Origin: an uncultured delta proteobacterium
GTDB lineage: Bacteria > Desulfobacterota > Desulfobulbia > Desulfobulbales > Desulfocapsaceae
Direction of reading: 5' to 3'
Assembly: GCA_963776075.1 (NCBI GenBank)
Contig: CAVZLG010000010.1
Span: 104,500 to 168,499, forward strand
Length of the DNA: 64,000 bases
Below, piece after piece: positions 44,304 to 53,726 of the stretch. The position numbers and the translations under genes are program-made. A model generated the notes under the pieces. It made no database searches. It had not been told where the DNA came from and was given only the letters and a program-made list of their open reading frames with translations. Position 1 is the stretch's first letter. Each line of letters begins with the position of its first letter.

Positions 44304-46316
44304 ATGGCTACACGTGAAGAATTGGAAGAAAAATACGACGACTGCCAGGAAACTCCTGACTATGTGGCCGTTGCGCTGGAGGCCTTCAGCGATCTCGATG
44401 ACAAGGATTGGGCTGTCGAGTTGTACGAAGAAGGCGCAGACTGGGCAGCGACAGCCCAGGACTTTATGGCGCTTTCCAACGGTGCACGCGTAATCCTCGG
44501 GGACACTGAAAAGGCAGCCGAGTATTTCGAACAGGCCAAAGGGGCCTGCAGCAATGCCGGTGAGTTGATCGACCTGGCAGTTTCAGCAGCCGAAAACGAC
44601 AACAAAGAAGGTGCCAAAGAGATGTTCATGGCCGCAGCCGAGAAGGCTACCAAGGCTGCAGAATTTCTGAGTTTATCCAAAAAAATTAATGAGGCACTCG
44701 GCGACAAGGAACTGGCCAGAGAAGTGAGCGCTAAGGCCAAAGAGCAATGCTCGACCCCTGCCGATTTTGCCGAATTGGCCCGTGCGCTGATCAACGATTT
44801 TGATGATCCGGATCAGGCCAAGCAGGTTTTAACTCAGGCGGCTGGATCCTGTAAAAGCGGTGCAGACTTTGCCGCCCTTGCAGCAAGCGCTGGTGAGCTG
44901 TTTCCGGACAGCGACCTTGGCAGCACGCTTTTCCAATCTGCTGAGGAGCAAATCGACTCTGGTCTTGAAATGGGTAGTCTTGCCAAAGAGGCGGTGGCTG
45001 CGTCAGGTGACAAAGAGAATGGTTCCAGGCTTTTCAATAAAGCCAAGGATATGATCGACAGCGGCGAAGACCTGGTTAAACTTGCCGCAATGATCCAGGA
45101 ATCACTTGAGGATAAGGAACTGGTCCTGGAAACCTATAAAAAAGCCGGCGGCTACTTCACCTCCTACAAGGAAATCATGAATCTGGGCGATTCCGTTCTC
45201 AAAGATACCGGCAATAAAGAGTATGCCGGCGAGATCTATCTGAAAGCAGCGGAGACTGATCCGGAAACCCCGAAGCTTGTCAGTGTAGCCGAGAAGCTGG
45301 CTGATGAAATTGGTGACACCGACGGCGCCGTAAAGGTTCTGCACCAGGCCGAAAATTCGGTCAAAACGAACTCCGAGTTCCAATCCATGGCCGATGCGGT
45401 CCTGAAATACGCAACTGATCAAAAGTGGTTGGATGATATCGGTCTGCAGAAGGAAAAGCGTGCAGAGAACGCAAAGCTCTATGACGATTACATCAAGCGC
45501 GAACAGGAGGCCCTGAGTGGGGCCACTTTATGGAATCTTGGTCATGAGGTGATGCAGACAACAGGTGATCACCCTTATGTTCGCAAGCTCTTCGCCAATG
45601 CTGAAAAGCTGGCCAACTATTTTGACGACTACATGAATCTGGCGGATTTAATTGCCGGCGACCTCAACGACAAGGAATGGGCTGATCGAATTTACACGGA
45701 TCAATTTGAATCAGCAGGGGAGTTTGTCAAGAAAAAGAATATCGCCGCTGCGACGATGAAGAACCTGAAAGATGAAGCGAAGGTTAGGGGCTATTTTAAA
45801 AAGATGGAAGATGAATGCGATCAAACCTCTGATTATATCAAGCTGGGGACCTCTGTAAACAACGTTCTCGGTGACGAGGGATGGACAAGGACACTGTATC
45901 AAGAGGCACAGGTTAACTGCGATGACCGATTCAGCCTGTTGACTCTGGCTGGTAAAATCCTTGAAAATCTCGGCGACGAGAAATGGGCCGGGGAGTTATA
46001 TGGAAAGGTCGCCGATCAGTGTGCTGACAGCTACCAGTATGAACATCTTTTCCATATCGTTGAGCATCAAAGTTCTAATAAGGAAACGCTGAGACGACTT
46101 TATAAAAAAGCGGAGGAAAGACTTTCCAACGCCAAGGATTTCTCCTCGCTTGCCGAGAGTGTCGCACGAAGATTCGATTCCCAGGACTGGGCCCGAACGA
46201 TCTACAAAAAAGCAGTGGAAGCACCTGATATCCAGAAGTTCAAATTTGATGTGGCAGCGAGTGTAGAAAAAGTGCTTGCGGACCATCAGCTGGCAGGTAC
46301 CATACGCAACAGCTGA
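44304..46316 (+). CDS. cytoplasmic tandem-repeat protein, about 19 TPR-like 35-residue repeats
   Basis: Recurrent xDFxxLAxxIxxxLGDKEWAxxLYxKAxxxC units (e.g. GDEKWAGELYGKVADQC, NDKEWADRIYTDQFESA). No signal peptide. GAGGAG RBS. Confidence 0.7.
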   Translation: MATREELEEKYDDCQETPDYVAVALEAFSDLDDKDWAVELYEEGADWAATAQDFMALSNGARVILGDTEKAAEYFEQAKGACSNAGELIDLAVSAAENDNKEGAKEMFMAAAEKATKAAEFLSLSKKINEALGDKELAREVSAKAKEQCSTPADFAELARALINDFDDPDQAKQVLTQAAGSCKSGADFAALAASAGELFPDSDLGSTLFQSAEEQIDSGLEMGSLAKEAVAASGDKENGSRLFNKAKDMIDSGEDLVKLAAMIQESLEDKELVLETYKKAGGYFTSYKEIMNLGDSVLKDTGNKEYAGEIYLKAAETDPETPKLVSVAEKLADEIGDTDGAVKVLHQAENSVKTNSEFQSMADAVLKYATDQKWLDDIGLQKEKRAENAKLYDDYIKREQEALSGATLWNLGHEVMQTTGDHPYVRKLFANAEKLANYFDDYMNLADLIAGDLNDKEWADRIYTDQFESAGEFVKKKNIAAATMKNLKDEAKVRGYFKKMEDECDQTSDYIKLGTSVNNVLGDEGWTRTLYQEAQVNCDDRFSLLTLAGKILENLGDEKWAGELYGKVADQCADSYQYEHLFHIVEHQSSNKETLRRLYKKAEERLSNAKDFSSLAESVARRFDSQDWARTIYKKAVEAPDIQKFKFDVAASVEKVLADHQLAGTIRNS

Positions 46317-46513
46317 AAGCCATACCTTTTTTTCTAACTATGGAGAGCGGTCGATGCCCATGCAGAGACCGCTCTCATCTCTATGAACTGCAATTGGAGG
46401 AAATGAAGAAAGCAGTTTAGCTGCCTGATCACCATGTGTGGAACAATCAGGTCTATTCCCGGTGGCGCGCTTCAACATATGGCTATACAATTTATCTGCA
46501 CGCTCAACAAGAA

Positions 46514-48100
46514 CTATTTCTTTTTACCCTCACCCTCTATATATCGTACAATGCTGTTGATATTAACAGGTATATCCGTGTTGATTTCAAGTGCAGAGTT
46601 CTGCTCCTGTAAAGAGAGCGGTTCGCCGGTTTTAAGCTGATGCTCGAGAATAGCCACAGTCGCATCAGAAACATCGCTGCCATGCAGGGTTCGCTCTTCA
46701 ACCCGGCTTCTCAGCGTCTCAACAGAAGCCGTATACGATAGAATAAGAAATCGAACGTTCAGCGATCTCGATAAACCGGCAAACAGCTGCCTTTGTGATG
46801 ATTTCAGGTTGGCAGCATCAATAATAACAGAATATCCGGCAGTCAGCAGCGTGCGTGCAAGCTCAACCAGACGGTTATAGGTTTTTTGGGAGGCTTCGGG
46901 GCTATAAATTCCCTTTCCGGTGCCAAACTCCATGCCGTCATTGTTATCTTTGCCTAAAAGCCGTTTACGCTCCACGTCCGATCGCAGCTGTATTGCTGCT
47001 ATTCTGTCGCTAAGAGCGCTGGCTCCTGCGGATTTTCCAGTCCCCGAAACCCCGTGGTTTATTATCAGCACCGGAGATGTGATGCGGGTATATTTTTTCG
47101 CCAGGTTGAGGTACTGGTAAAAATCCTCGACGGTCTGGACATACTCTTTTGAGCCGGGTCGCTCCTGAGCTGTGCGCAGGATATCGACTTTGGCCCGCAC
47201 GAGCGCACGGTACACCTTATAAAATCTGAGCAGTCTCAATCCCTCAAAGTCACCGGTAATTTGCATATACTCATTGAGAAAATGCGTGGCCAGCGGAGCT
47301 TTCTTCCTCGCCTCAAGATCCATGATCAAAAAAGCGATTTCGCTGATTACATCGATAAAGCGAAGACCTCTGTTAAACTCAATACAATCAAAGATCAGTA
47401 TATCTTCCTGCAGCAGCGCTATATTCCGCAAATGCATATCGCCGTGACATTCCCTCACAAATCCAAGAACCTTGCGCTCCTCGATTACCGGCACCACGGT
47501 TTCGAGTTGTTTCATACTCCACTGTTGGAGACTATCCAGTTGCACTATTAACTGCTGGTCATGAATACAGTTACGTATATGTTGAAAATTTTCCATCACC
47601 GTTTTCCGAACATGCTCAACGCCGCCAAAATCGCTATCCGGGGGAGCAGGGCTCACCGACAGATGGAACTGTGCTACCGTTCCAGCCAGTTGAGCGATGA
47701 TGGCATTATCGAGCCCCCCTTCTGGCGGCAGACAGTCAAACTGCGCTGCCTGAGGGAATTGGATCATTCTCACGGCATACTCTATCGCAGGACCAGGTCC
47801 GTCCAGCTCAGGGTTCTCTTTTGAACCACTGATTTTCACCAGTCCCAAATACAATTGCGGCGCCAGCCGACTATTCAATCGTAGTTCTTCAAGGCAGTTA
47901 TAACGACGTTTTTCAAGGGTTGAAAAATCAAGAAAACCAAAGTTGACCGGTTTTTTTATTTTATAGACAAAGTCCCCGGTCAAGAGCACCCAGGAAATAT
48001 GGGTCTCGATCACCTCGAACCGACTTACCGGATAATCATAGAGCTGAGGGTTTTGAAGTGACTTGATCAACGCCTGCTGGTTGGATAAAGAACCATTCAC
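46514..48100 (-). CDS. bifunctional aminoglycoside-phosphotransferase-like kinase / P-loop (AAA) kinase protein
   Basis: N-terminal APH/choline-kinase-like block HGDMHLRNI...FDCIEF. C-terminal Walker A NHGVSGTGKSAGA. Confidence 0.75.
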   Translation of the reverse strand: MNGSLSNQQALIKSLQNPQLYDYPVSRFEVIETHISWVLLTGDFVYKIKKPVNFGFLDFSTLEKRRYNCLEELRLNSRLAPQLYLGLVKISGSKENPELDGPGPAIEYAVRMIQFPQAAQFDCLPPEGGLDNAIIAQLAGTVAQFHLSVSPAPPDSDFGGVEHVRKTVMENFQHIRNCIHDQQLIVQLDSLQQWSMKQLETVVPVIEERKVLGFVRECHGDMHLRNIALLQEDILIFDCIEFNRGLRFIDVISEIAFLIMDLEARKKAPLATHFLNEYMQITGDFEGLRLLRFYKVYRALVRAKVDILRTAQERPGSKEYVQTVEDFYQYLNLAKKYTRITSPVLIINHGVSGTGKSAGASALSDRIAAIQLRSDVERKRLLGKDNNDGMEFGTGKGIYSPEASQKTYNRLVELARTLLTAGYSVIIDAANLKSSQRQLFAGLSRSLNVRFLILSYTASVETLRSRVEERTLHGSDVSDATVAILEHQLKTGEPLSLQEQNSALEINTDIPVNINSIVRYIEGEGKKK

Positions 48101-48435
48101 GGGAATTCACCTCTCTGGAAAAAAAAGTGATATCTACCCTGTATCTATCATAAAATGTAATCATTTCTGATAGAATGGACAGCGCTGCTCCGTTAAAAGA
48201 CGCCCTTTATTATCACCTCTGAACAGATTTTCACTGACAAGGCTTTGTAAGTAATCTATAAAAATGCTGGGCAGCAACTGGTATTGTACATTTTCTGTTA
48301 AATTTCTGAACGTTAGAATTGTTACTTTATCTGGAAATTTTCTGTTGATGTTTATACACCAGTGTTTATAAACTTGGTGTGGTATTCTATTTTGTCTGGA
48401 CAAATAATTTTCTATGGAAAAAGAGCAGATTGGGT

Positions 48436-50049
48436 ATGGACCGACCTTATTGTATTAAATTAGTACTATTTGATTTTGACGGAACATTAACCTTACCCGG
48501 AGCTATCGATTTTGCTCTCATTCGCCAACGAATTGGTTGTCCCGGCGATATTGCGATACTGGAATTTATCCAAACTCTTTCAGATGAATCGCAGCGCCAG
48601 AAGGCCATCGGTGAAGTTTGTGACCATGAAATGGCTGCAGCTCGTAAAGCAAGGCCCAACCTGGGGGCTGAGAGGTTACTTGTCGAATTAAAAGCACTTG
48701 GAGTAAAAGTAGGTCTGATAAGCCGAAATATCCGGATAGCGATAGAACGCGCGCTGGCTAATTTTGAACACACGCTGATTGAAGACTTCGACCTGGTTAT
48801 CTCACGAGATGATCTCATTGCGCCAAAACCGGAGCCTGATGGGATTACATATGTTTCTGAATATTTTGCCATTCCACCTGAAGAAATTCTGGTGGTGGGC
48901 GATTTTGTCTTTGATATAGAAGCGGGACGCCGCGCCGGGGCTTTGACGGCATTTATAACCAATGGCAATAAGCTGGATATTCCTGAAAAACCGACTTTTG
49001 TTATTCACCAGCTGTCCGAGCTTTTACCACTTGTTCAGATGGGAATTCCACTTCAGGGCGGCAAGCTGCCTCAACACCTGCTGGATATGTTCCTGAATGA
49101 ATTTGAATGGGATGACCCATCAGTACTGAACTGGCCGGGAGTGGGCGAAGATACAGCAGCGGTGGATGTGAAAAAAGAGGACGTTCTCGTTATCACATCA
49201 GATCCGATCACCTTTGCCGCGGCTTCTATCGGCGAATACGCAGTCATTGTTAATGCCAACGATATTGCTACCTCCGGGGGGACTCCCCGCTGGCTGTTAA
49301 CCTCCCTGCTTTTCCCGGTTAATTCCACCGCCTCAGAAATACGTTGTGTGATGACAGAACTGGCTTCTGTTTGTAACCGTTATAATATCACCTTATGTGG
49401 CGGCCACACCGAAATCACCGACGCGGTGATTCGTCCGGTGGTCACCGGTATGATGGCAGGCTGTGTGCAACGAGATCATTTATTAGACAAGAAACAGATG
49501 CGCTCCGGGGATCACATTCTATTGACGAAAGGTGTTGCAATAGAGGGTACTGCCATCATTGCCCGGGACTTCGAAAAACAATTGATAGAATATGGGGTAC
49601 ATGAGGAGACAATTAGAAAAGCCAAAGGTTTTATTTCCAGGATAAGCGTAATTGAAGAAGCACAAATGGCTGCTGCCATGGATGGCGTCAAATCCCTGCA
49701 CGACATCACTGAAGGTGGGTTGGCAACATCCCTGGAGGAGTTCTCATTTGCCGGAGGGTATGGAATAGAAGTACAGGTACCACAGATCCCGATCCTGCAG
49801 GAAACCGAGGCAGTTTGCCTGCCCTTCAATCTCAATCCCCTTGGCTTGATAGGATCGGGAAGCCTGTTGATCTGCTGTCATCCCGATGTTTCGAAGCCGC
49901 TACGGCGCCAACTTTTGTCTGCCGGGATTGACTGTACTCATATTGGTACAGTGACGGGTAAAGGACCCGGGATTGTTGCAATGGATGAGGAAAAGATCGT
50001 ACCCTGGCCTCGTTTTGCTGTAGACGAGATCACCCGCCTGTTTTCATGA
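48436..50049 (+). CDS. fusion protein: HAD-superfamily hydrolase plus PurM/AIR-synthase-related (HypE/ThiL-like) ATP-binding domains
   Basis: HAD motif I LFDFDGTLT and motif IV VVGDFVFDIEAGRRAG. Then GVGEDTAAVDV...ITSDPITF...AVIVNANDIATSGGTP...LCGGHTEIT...DITEGGLATSL (AIRS/AIRS_C pattern). Confidence 0.75.
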   Translation: MDRPYCIKLVLFDFDGTLTLPGAIDFALIRQRIGCPGDIAILEFIQTLSDESQRQKAIGEVCDHEMAAARKARPNLGAERLLVELKALGVKVGLISRNIRIAIERALANFEHTLIEDFDLVISRDDLIAPKPEPDGITYVSEYFAIPPEEILVVGDFVFDIEAGRRAGALTAFITNGNKLDIPEKPTFVIHQLSELLPLVQMGIPLQGGKLPQHLLDMFLNEFEWDDPSVLNWPGVGEDTAAVDVKKEDVLVITSDPITFAAASIGEYAVIVNANDIATSGGTPRWLLTSLLFPVNSTASEIRCVMTELASVCNRYNITLCGGHTEITDAVIRPVVTGMMAGCVQRDHLLDKKQMRSGDHILLTKGVAIEGTAIIARDFEKQLIEYGVHEETIRKAKGFISRISVIEEAQMAAAMDGVKSLHDITEGGLATSLEEFSFAGGYGIEVQVPQIPILQETEAVCLPFNLNPLGLIGSGSLLICCHPDVSKPLRRQLLSAGIDCTHIGTVTGKGPGIVAMDEEKIVPWPRFAVDEITRLFS

Positions 50050-51368
50050 TGGAAACATTACGTTCCTGCACCTCTTTTTTTAATGACTATGAGCAGCGAG
50101 AGGATGCTTTCAGGCAACTGGTAGACTTCAAATTAGCCCGACGGTATAGAGGTCCTGCGCTGTTCTGGAAAGATTTCAGTCTCATCTCCCGTAATATTCT
50201 TACATCTCGGGGAAATGATTCTATCTCCTTTATTACCAGTAACCCCAGGGATTGCCTGGCATTTGCTACAGCCAGACAAGTTTTAATGGCTGCGTTTATG
50301 TCTGCTGGTAAAACGGCCGATGAAAAGCAGGTATTGGAAGTCGTGTCTCGTTTTGGGATTGCCGATCAACTCAGCCAGCCCATTCGCACGCTCTCTGGCG
50401 GCGAAACGGTTAAACTGGCTCTTGCCAAAACCTATGTGGCGATGGAATCCTGTTCCAATGTCGTAATTTCAAGCCCCTTTACCTGGTTGGCAGCCGGAAA
50501 CCGTCACTTACTGGAAGAAATAGTCAGGCAGGATGGTGGTTCGGGCAGAAAAATCTCTATTCTGGCCCTGGACGGTGAGGATGATCTCTCCCCAGTAGCA
50601 CCAGACGATCCTTTCAGTCAGCCCACTCAAGGTGGGCTGACTTTTTCGTTGAATATGTCCCAAGTCAGGATTCCCCTCGCCTTGTCCTTAAACCCACTCG
50701 CTGACACTGTACCTCATGCGGCCATTGATGATGCCTGCTTGCAGCTGGAATCACCCTGCATGGTTACGGGAGACAACGGCCAGGGAAAGAGCCTGGTTGC
50801 GCGTGCTCTCGCCGGCTCACTGACCTTTCGCGGCAGGGCTTTCATAAAAGGAGCTGATGCGGAAGGAACAGCGAGTCTTCTTTTTCAGGATGTCCTCACT
50901 CAAACCCTGTTGCGTTCCTTTGACGCACTGGCTGGAGGAGGAAGAGGTGTGAGTAGACAGGCAATTCTCGCCATTTACGCAAAAATCAAGGATGAGTACA
51001 GGCTGGCTGCTGAAAGAAAAAGATTGAGTGAACTGTCTCAAATCAACGATTCAATAGAGAAACAGCATACACTGCTGGATATCAAGGTTATTCTTGTGGC
51101 TGCTCGTCTGGCAGCCTTTCCTGCTGCCCTCATTCTGGATGAACCCGATTGGGGTTTGAGTCGCCAGAGTGGTATCGCCTTTGTTTCTGCAGTATTGTCA
51201 GTGGCACATCACCAGGGAACTCCTGTAATGCTGATTTCGCACAAACCCTGGTGGCAGCCAGTGGTGCGAAGCTGCATCTCGGTTTCGCGCTCAAGTGCAG
51301 ACAGTTCAATTTCACCTGATGCCCCGGTGTTTACCGTTCACCTGGACGCCACGGAAGTGAGGCCATGA
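50046..51368 (+). CDS. fused double ABC-type ATPase with complementary degenerate halves (ECF EcfA-A'-like)
   Basis: N-half has LSGGE only (no Walker A; Walker B degenerate). C-half has GDNGQGKS, LILDEPDWGL and LISHK but no LSGGQ. ATGA overlap with both neighbours. Confidence 0.65.
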   Translation: MMETLRSCTSFFNDYEQREDAFRQLVDFKLARRYRGPALFWKDFSLISRNILTSRGNDSISFITSNPRDCLAFATARQVLMAAFMSAGKTADEKQVLEVVSRFGIADQLSQPIRTLSGGETVKLALAKTYVAMESCSNVVISSPFTWLAAGNRHLLEEIVRQDGGSGRKISILALDGEDDLSPVAPDDPFSQPTQGGLTFSLNMSQVRIPLALSLNPLADTVPHAAIDDACLQLESPCMVTGDNGQGKSLVARALAGSLTFRGRAFIKGADAEGTASLLFQDVLTQTLLRSFDALAGGGRGVSRQAILAIYAKIKDEYRLAAERKRLSELSQINDSIEKQHTLLDIKVILVAARLAAFPAALILDEPDWGLSRQSGIAFVSAVLSVAHHQGTPVMLISHKPWWQPVVRSCISVSRSSADSSISPDAPVFTVHLDATEVRP

Positions 51369-52099
51369 ACTGGAAAATAAAAGCTCTTATCATCTGGGCT
51401 CTTGCCATTCCTGCCTTTACCGGCTACCCAGTTAATCACATCCCGGGAACTTTGTTTCCTGGAGCGAGCTATGGTTGGTTAGCATACGGGGCGATGGTTT
51501 ATGCAGCCATTGTTCTGCTCATCGGTAAAAAGGTTTTAAAAGTTTCTATCGTGGTTGCCTTAACCATCGCCATTCCTCTTGTACTGCTTGGCACCTTGAT
51601 TTCGACGATCGGCCAGTTAATGAGTGGCTGGAGTCAGTCCCAACCTGCTGATTATATAGTACACTACAGCAGCTTAATGGTTACCATGCTCGTGGTAATT
51701 CCACTCGCCCTGTCAATGATTGCGGTGATACCTTTTCACCGCCTGGAACAGCAGCTCCTGCTCAGTAAGCGAGGAGTAAAAACAAGTGAGAAAATGATCC
51801 TCATGTTTCTCAGGGTATTTAGCCATATTTTCTATTTTGTGATCCCTAACATTCTCGAAGTTATCAGAGAGGAAGGTTTCCTGACCAGGAAAAGATACTT
51901 GACCGGAAGCCGGCAACACAATAAATTGCCATTGTCTCAACGGATTGGCAAGATGGTGCAAATGCTGGTAAATATAGGAGTAGACTCAATTTGCTCAGCG
52001 ATACGCTATATTCCTCTCTGGGCAGAAGAGATTTCCAAGCTCCCGGGAGATGCAGGAGCAAATCAAAATTCAGACACCGCAAAACATTCTGAAAACTGA
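51365..52099 (+). CDS. polytopic membrane protein, possible ECF T-component
   Basis: 244 aa, about 5 TM. A cytoplasmic helix region carries ...LLLSKRGVK... (xRG-like). Assignment rests on position between the ATPase and the S-component. Confidence 0.45.
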   Translation: MNWKIKALIIWALAIPAFTGYPVNHIPGTLFPGASYGWLAYGAMVYAAIVLLIGKKVLKVSIVVALTIAIPLVLLGTLISTIGQLMSGWSQSQPADYIVHYSSLMVTMLVVIPLALSMIAVIPFHRLEQQLLLSKRGVKTSEKMILMFLRVFSHIFYFVIPNILEVIREEGFLTRKRYLTGSRQHNKLPLSQRIGKMVQMLVNIGVDSICSAIRYIPLWAEEISKLPGDAGANQNSDTAKHSEN

Positions 52100-52117
52100 C
52101 GGGAAGACAATTAAGAC

Positions 52118-52657
52118 ATGAACCAAAACCGAGAAATTAATCTGTTATTTCGTGTGGGTATCATTGCCGCATTCAGTACTCTTGCTTTTATCGGTACCCT
52201 TATCATTCGAATTCCCATCCCAGTGACCGGCGGTTACTTTAATCTTGGCGACACATTTGTAATGGCTGCCGCTCTTTTATACGGTCCCCTGGTGGGCGGT
52301 TTAGTCGGGATGATCGGACCTGCGGCTGCAGATGCTGTTGGTTTCCCCCAGTTTATTTTAGCCACAGCCGTGGTCAAGGGACTCGAAGGACTGGCTGTGG
52401 GAATGATAGGGGGAAAAAGCAGGAGTGGGGGAAAACGGCAGATAGCTGCTCTTGCCGTTGGTATCGGTATTCTGGTGGCTGGTTATTATATCTTTGAGGC
52501 TATTGTCTATCCTGCCATCGCCATGACCATCCCCTTTTTCGGTGTCACAGACGCAAAAGCAGCCTTGGCCGAAATACCACCTAATTTACTCCAGGGAGTT
52601 CTGTCTGCCCTGGTAGCATATGGAATATACAAAGTGTTTACCCGCGGAGATCAATGA
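52118..52657 (+). CDS. ECF-transporter S (substrate-capture) component
   Basis: 179 aa, 6 TM; IPIPVTGGYFNLGDTFVMAAALLYGPLVGGLVGMIGPAAADAV is typical of S-components. Substrate unknown. Confidence 0.65.
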   Translation: MNQNREINLLFRVGIIAAFSTLAFIGTLIIRIPIPVTGGYFNLGDTFVMAAALLYGPLVGGLVGMIGPAAADAVGFPQFILATAVVKGLEGLAVGMIGGKSRSGGKRQIAALAVGIGILVAGYYIFEAIVYPAIAMTIPFFGVTDAKAALAEIPPNLLQGVLSALVAYGIYKVFTRGDQ

Positions 52658-53063
52658 GTATTCATCTGTTTTAAAACGGTGCTTTTTTAGGAAAGTTTCC
52701 TTCAAGGGATGCCAATCAGGGATAGTCAACATCTCTAAACATACCAATTATTTACCTAAGAGTAACCTGTACTTCATCGACACAGAAGTGATCTCATAGA
52801 CTGCCATATTCAAGGGTCGATCATGACCGACAGGTTTTTAAGAAACAAAATTTACACTTCACCTTGACACCCATAGATCAGTCCATTATTTTGATAATCC
52901 GTATGATACAATTATGAGTGAGGTCAATTGACCCTATGCTCTTTGTTGTATTGTTCAATGATCTCTCATTCACTATACTGAATCTCATTGAAAAATTACC
53001 CTGAACACCATTTTTTTTATCGGACTGATTGTTATACCTTTCAATTCGGATGTCCGCCTCCCG

Positions 53064-53567
53064 ATGTGCATGGTTAAATTAAGGAACATACTCAGATATT
53101 GCTGGCTTGATGGAAGGGTTTTCTTGTTGTTCCTGATCGTCCTGTGCTCCTTAACAGCTTCCTTCGAAACTGCTCATGCAAAAGAACATTCTATTCACAT
53201 CCAATTCCAATATAATATCAATGCAATACCAGAAAAACAGGTAGAGGGTTATAACCTTTATAAAGCTGGTGATTTAATCTGCAACACCAGCCTTTCAGAA
53301 ACAGAGACTCAAGATTTTGAATGTAGCTTCGAAAGCCCTGGTGGATCTTTTCCCTTTACCTTAACTGCCTTATTCAATGATGGCACCGAAAGCCCTCACT
53401 CCGCCCCGTTCTCACTCCTTCTGGTAGATGAATCAACAGCAGTACTGGGTTTACAGGTTCTCAGTGGCCAAACACCGGAAGGCACGGATGGAATAGGGTC
53501 GCAAACTGGAACCGATCAGATAGACATGGCTGATGTCATCAATATGTTACAAGAGTTGCCCAGATAA
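53064..53567 (+). CDS. secreted hypothetical protein with C-terminal dockerin/EF-hand-like motif
   Basis: Signal/anchor VFLLFLIVLCSLTASFETAHA, a beta-rich middle, and C-terminal AVLGLQVLSGQTPEG...DQIDMADVINMLQEL. Confidence 0.5.
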   Translation: MCMVKLRNILRYCWLDGRVFLLFLIVLCSLTASFETAHAKEHSIHIQFQYNINAIPEKQVEGYNLYKAGDLICNTSLSETETQDFECSFESPGGSFPFTLTALFNDGTESPHSAPFSLLLVDESTAVLGLQVLSGQTPEGTDGIGSQTGTDQIDMADVINMLQELPR

Positions 53568-53726
53568 ATTTTCAGGAAATGTGTGCTATTGTATTGTAGT
53601 TTTATCGTCTTTGATCCCAGTAAAACTACCTAAATGCAGTTTTGACTCCTTCTTGATAAAGAGCAGTTGATGAGAAATACATTTCAAGACGCTGCTGTTC
53701 AGAAGATAAATAAAAGGTTTTTAAAA

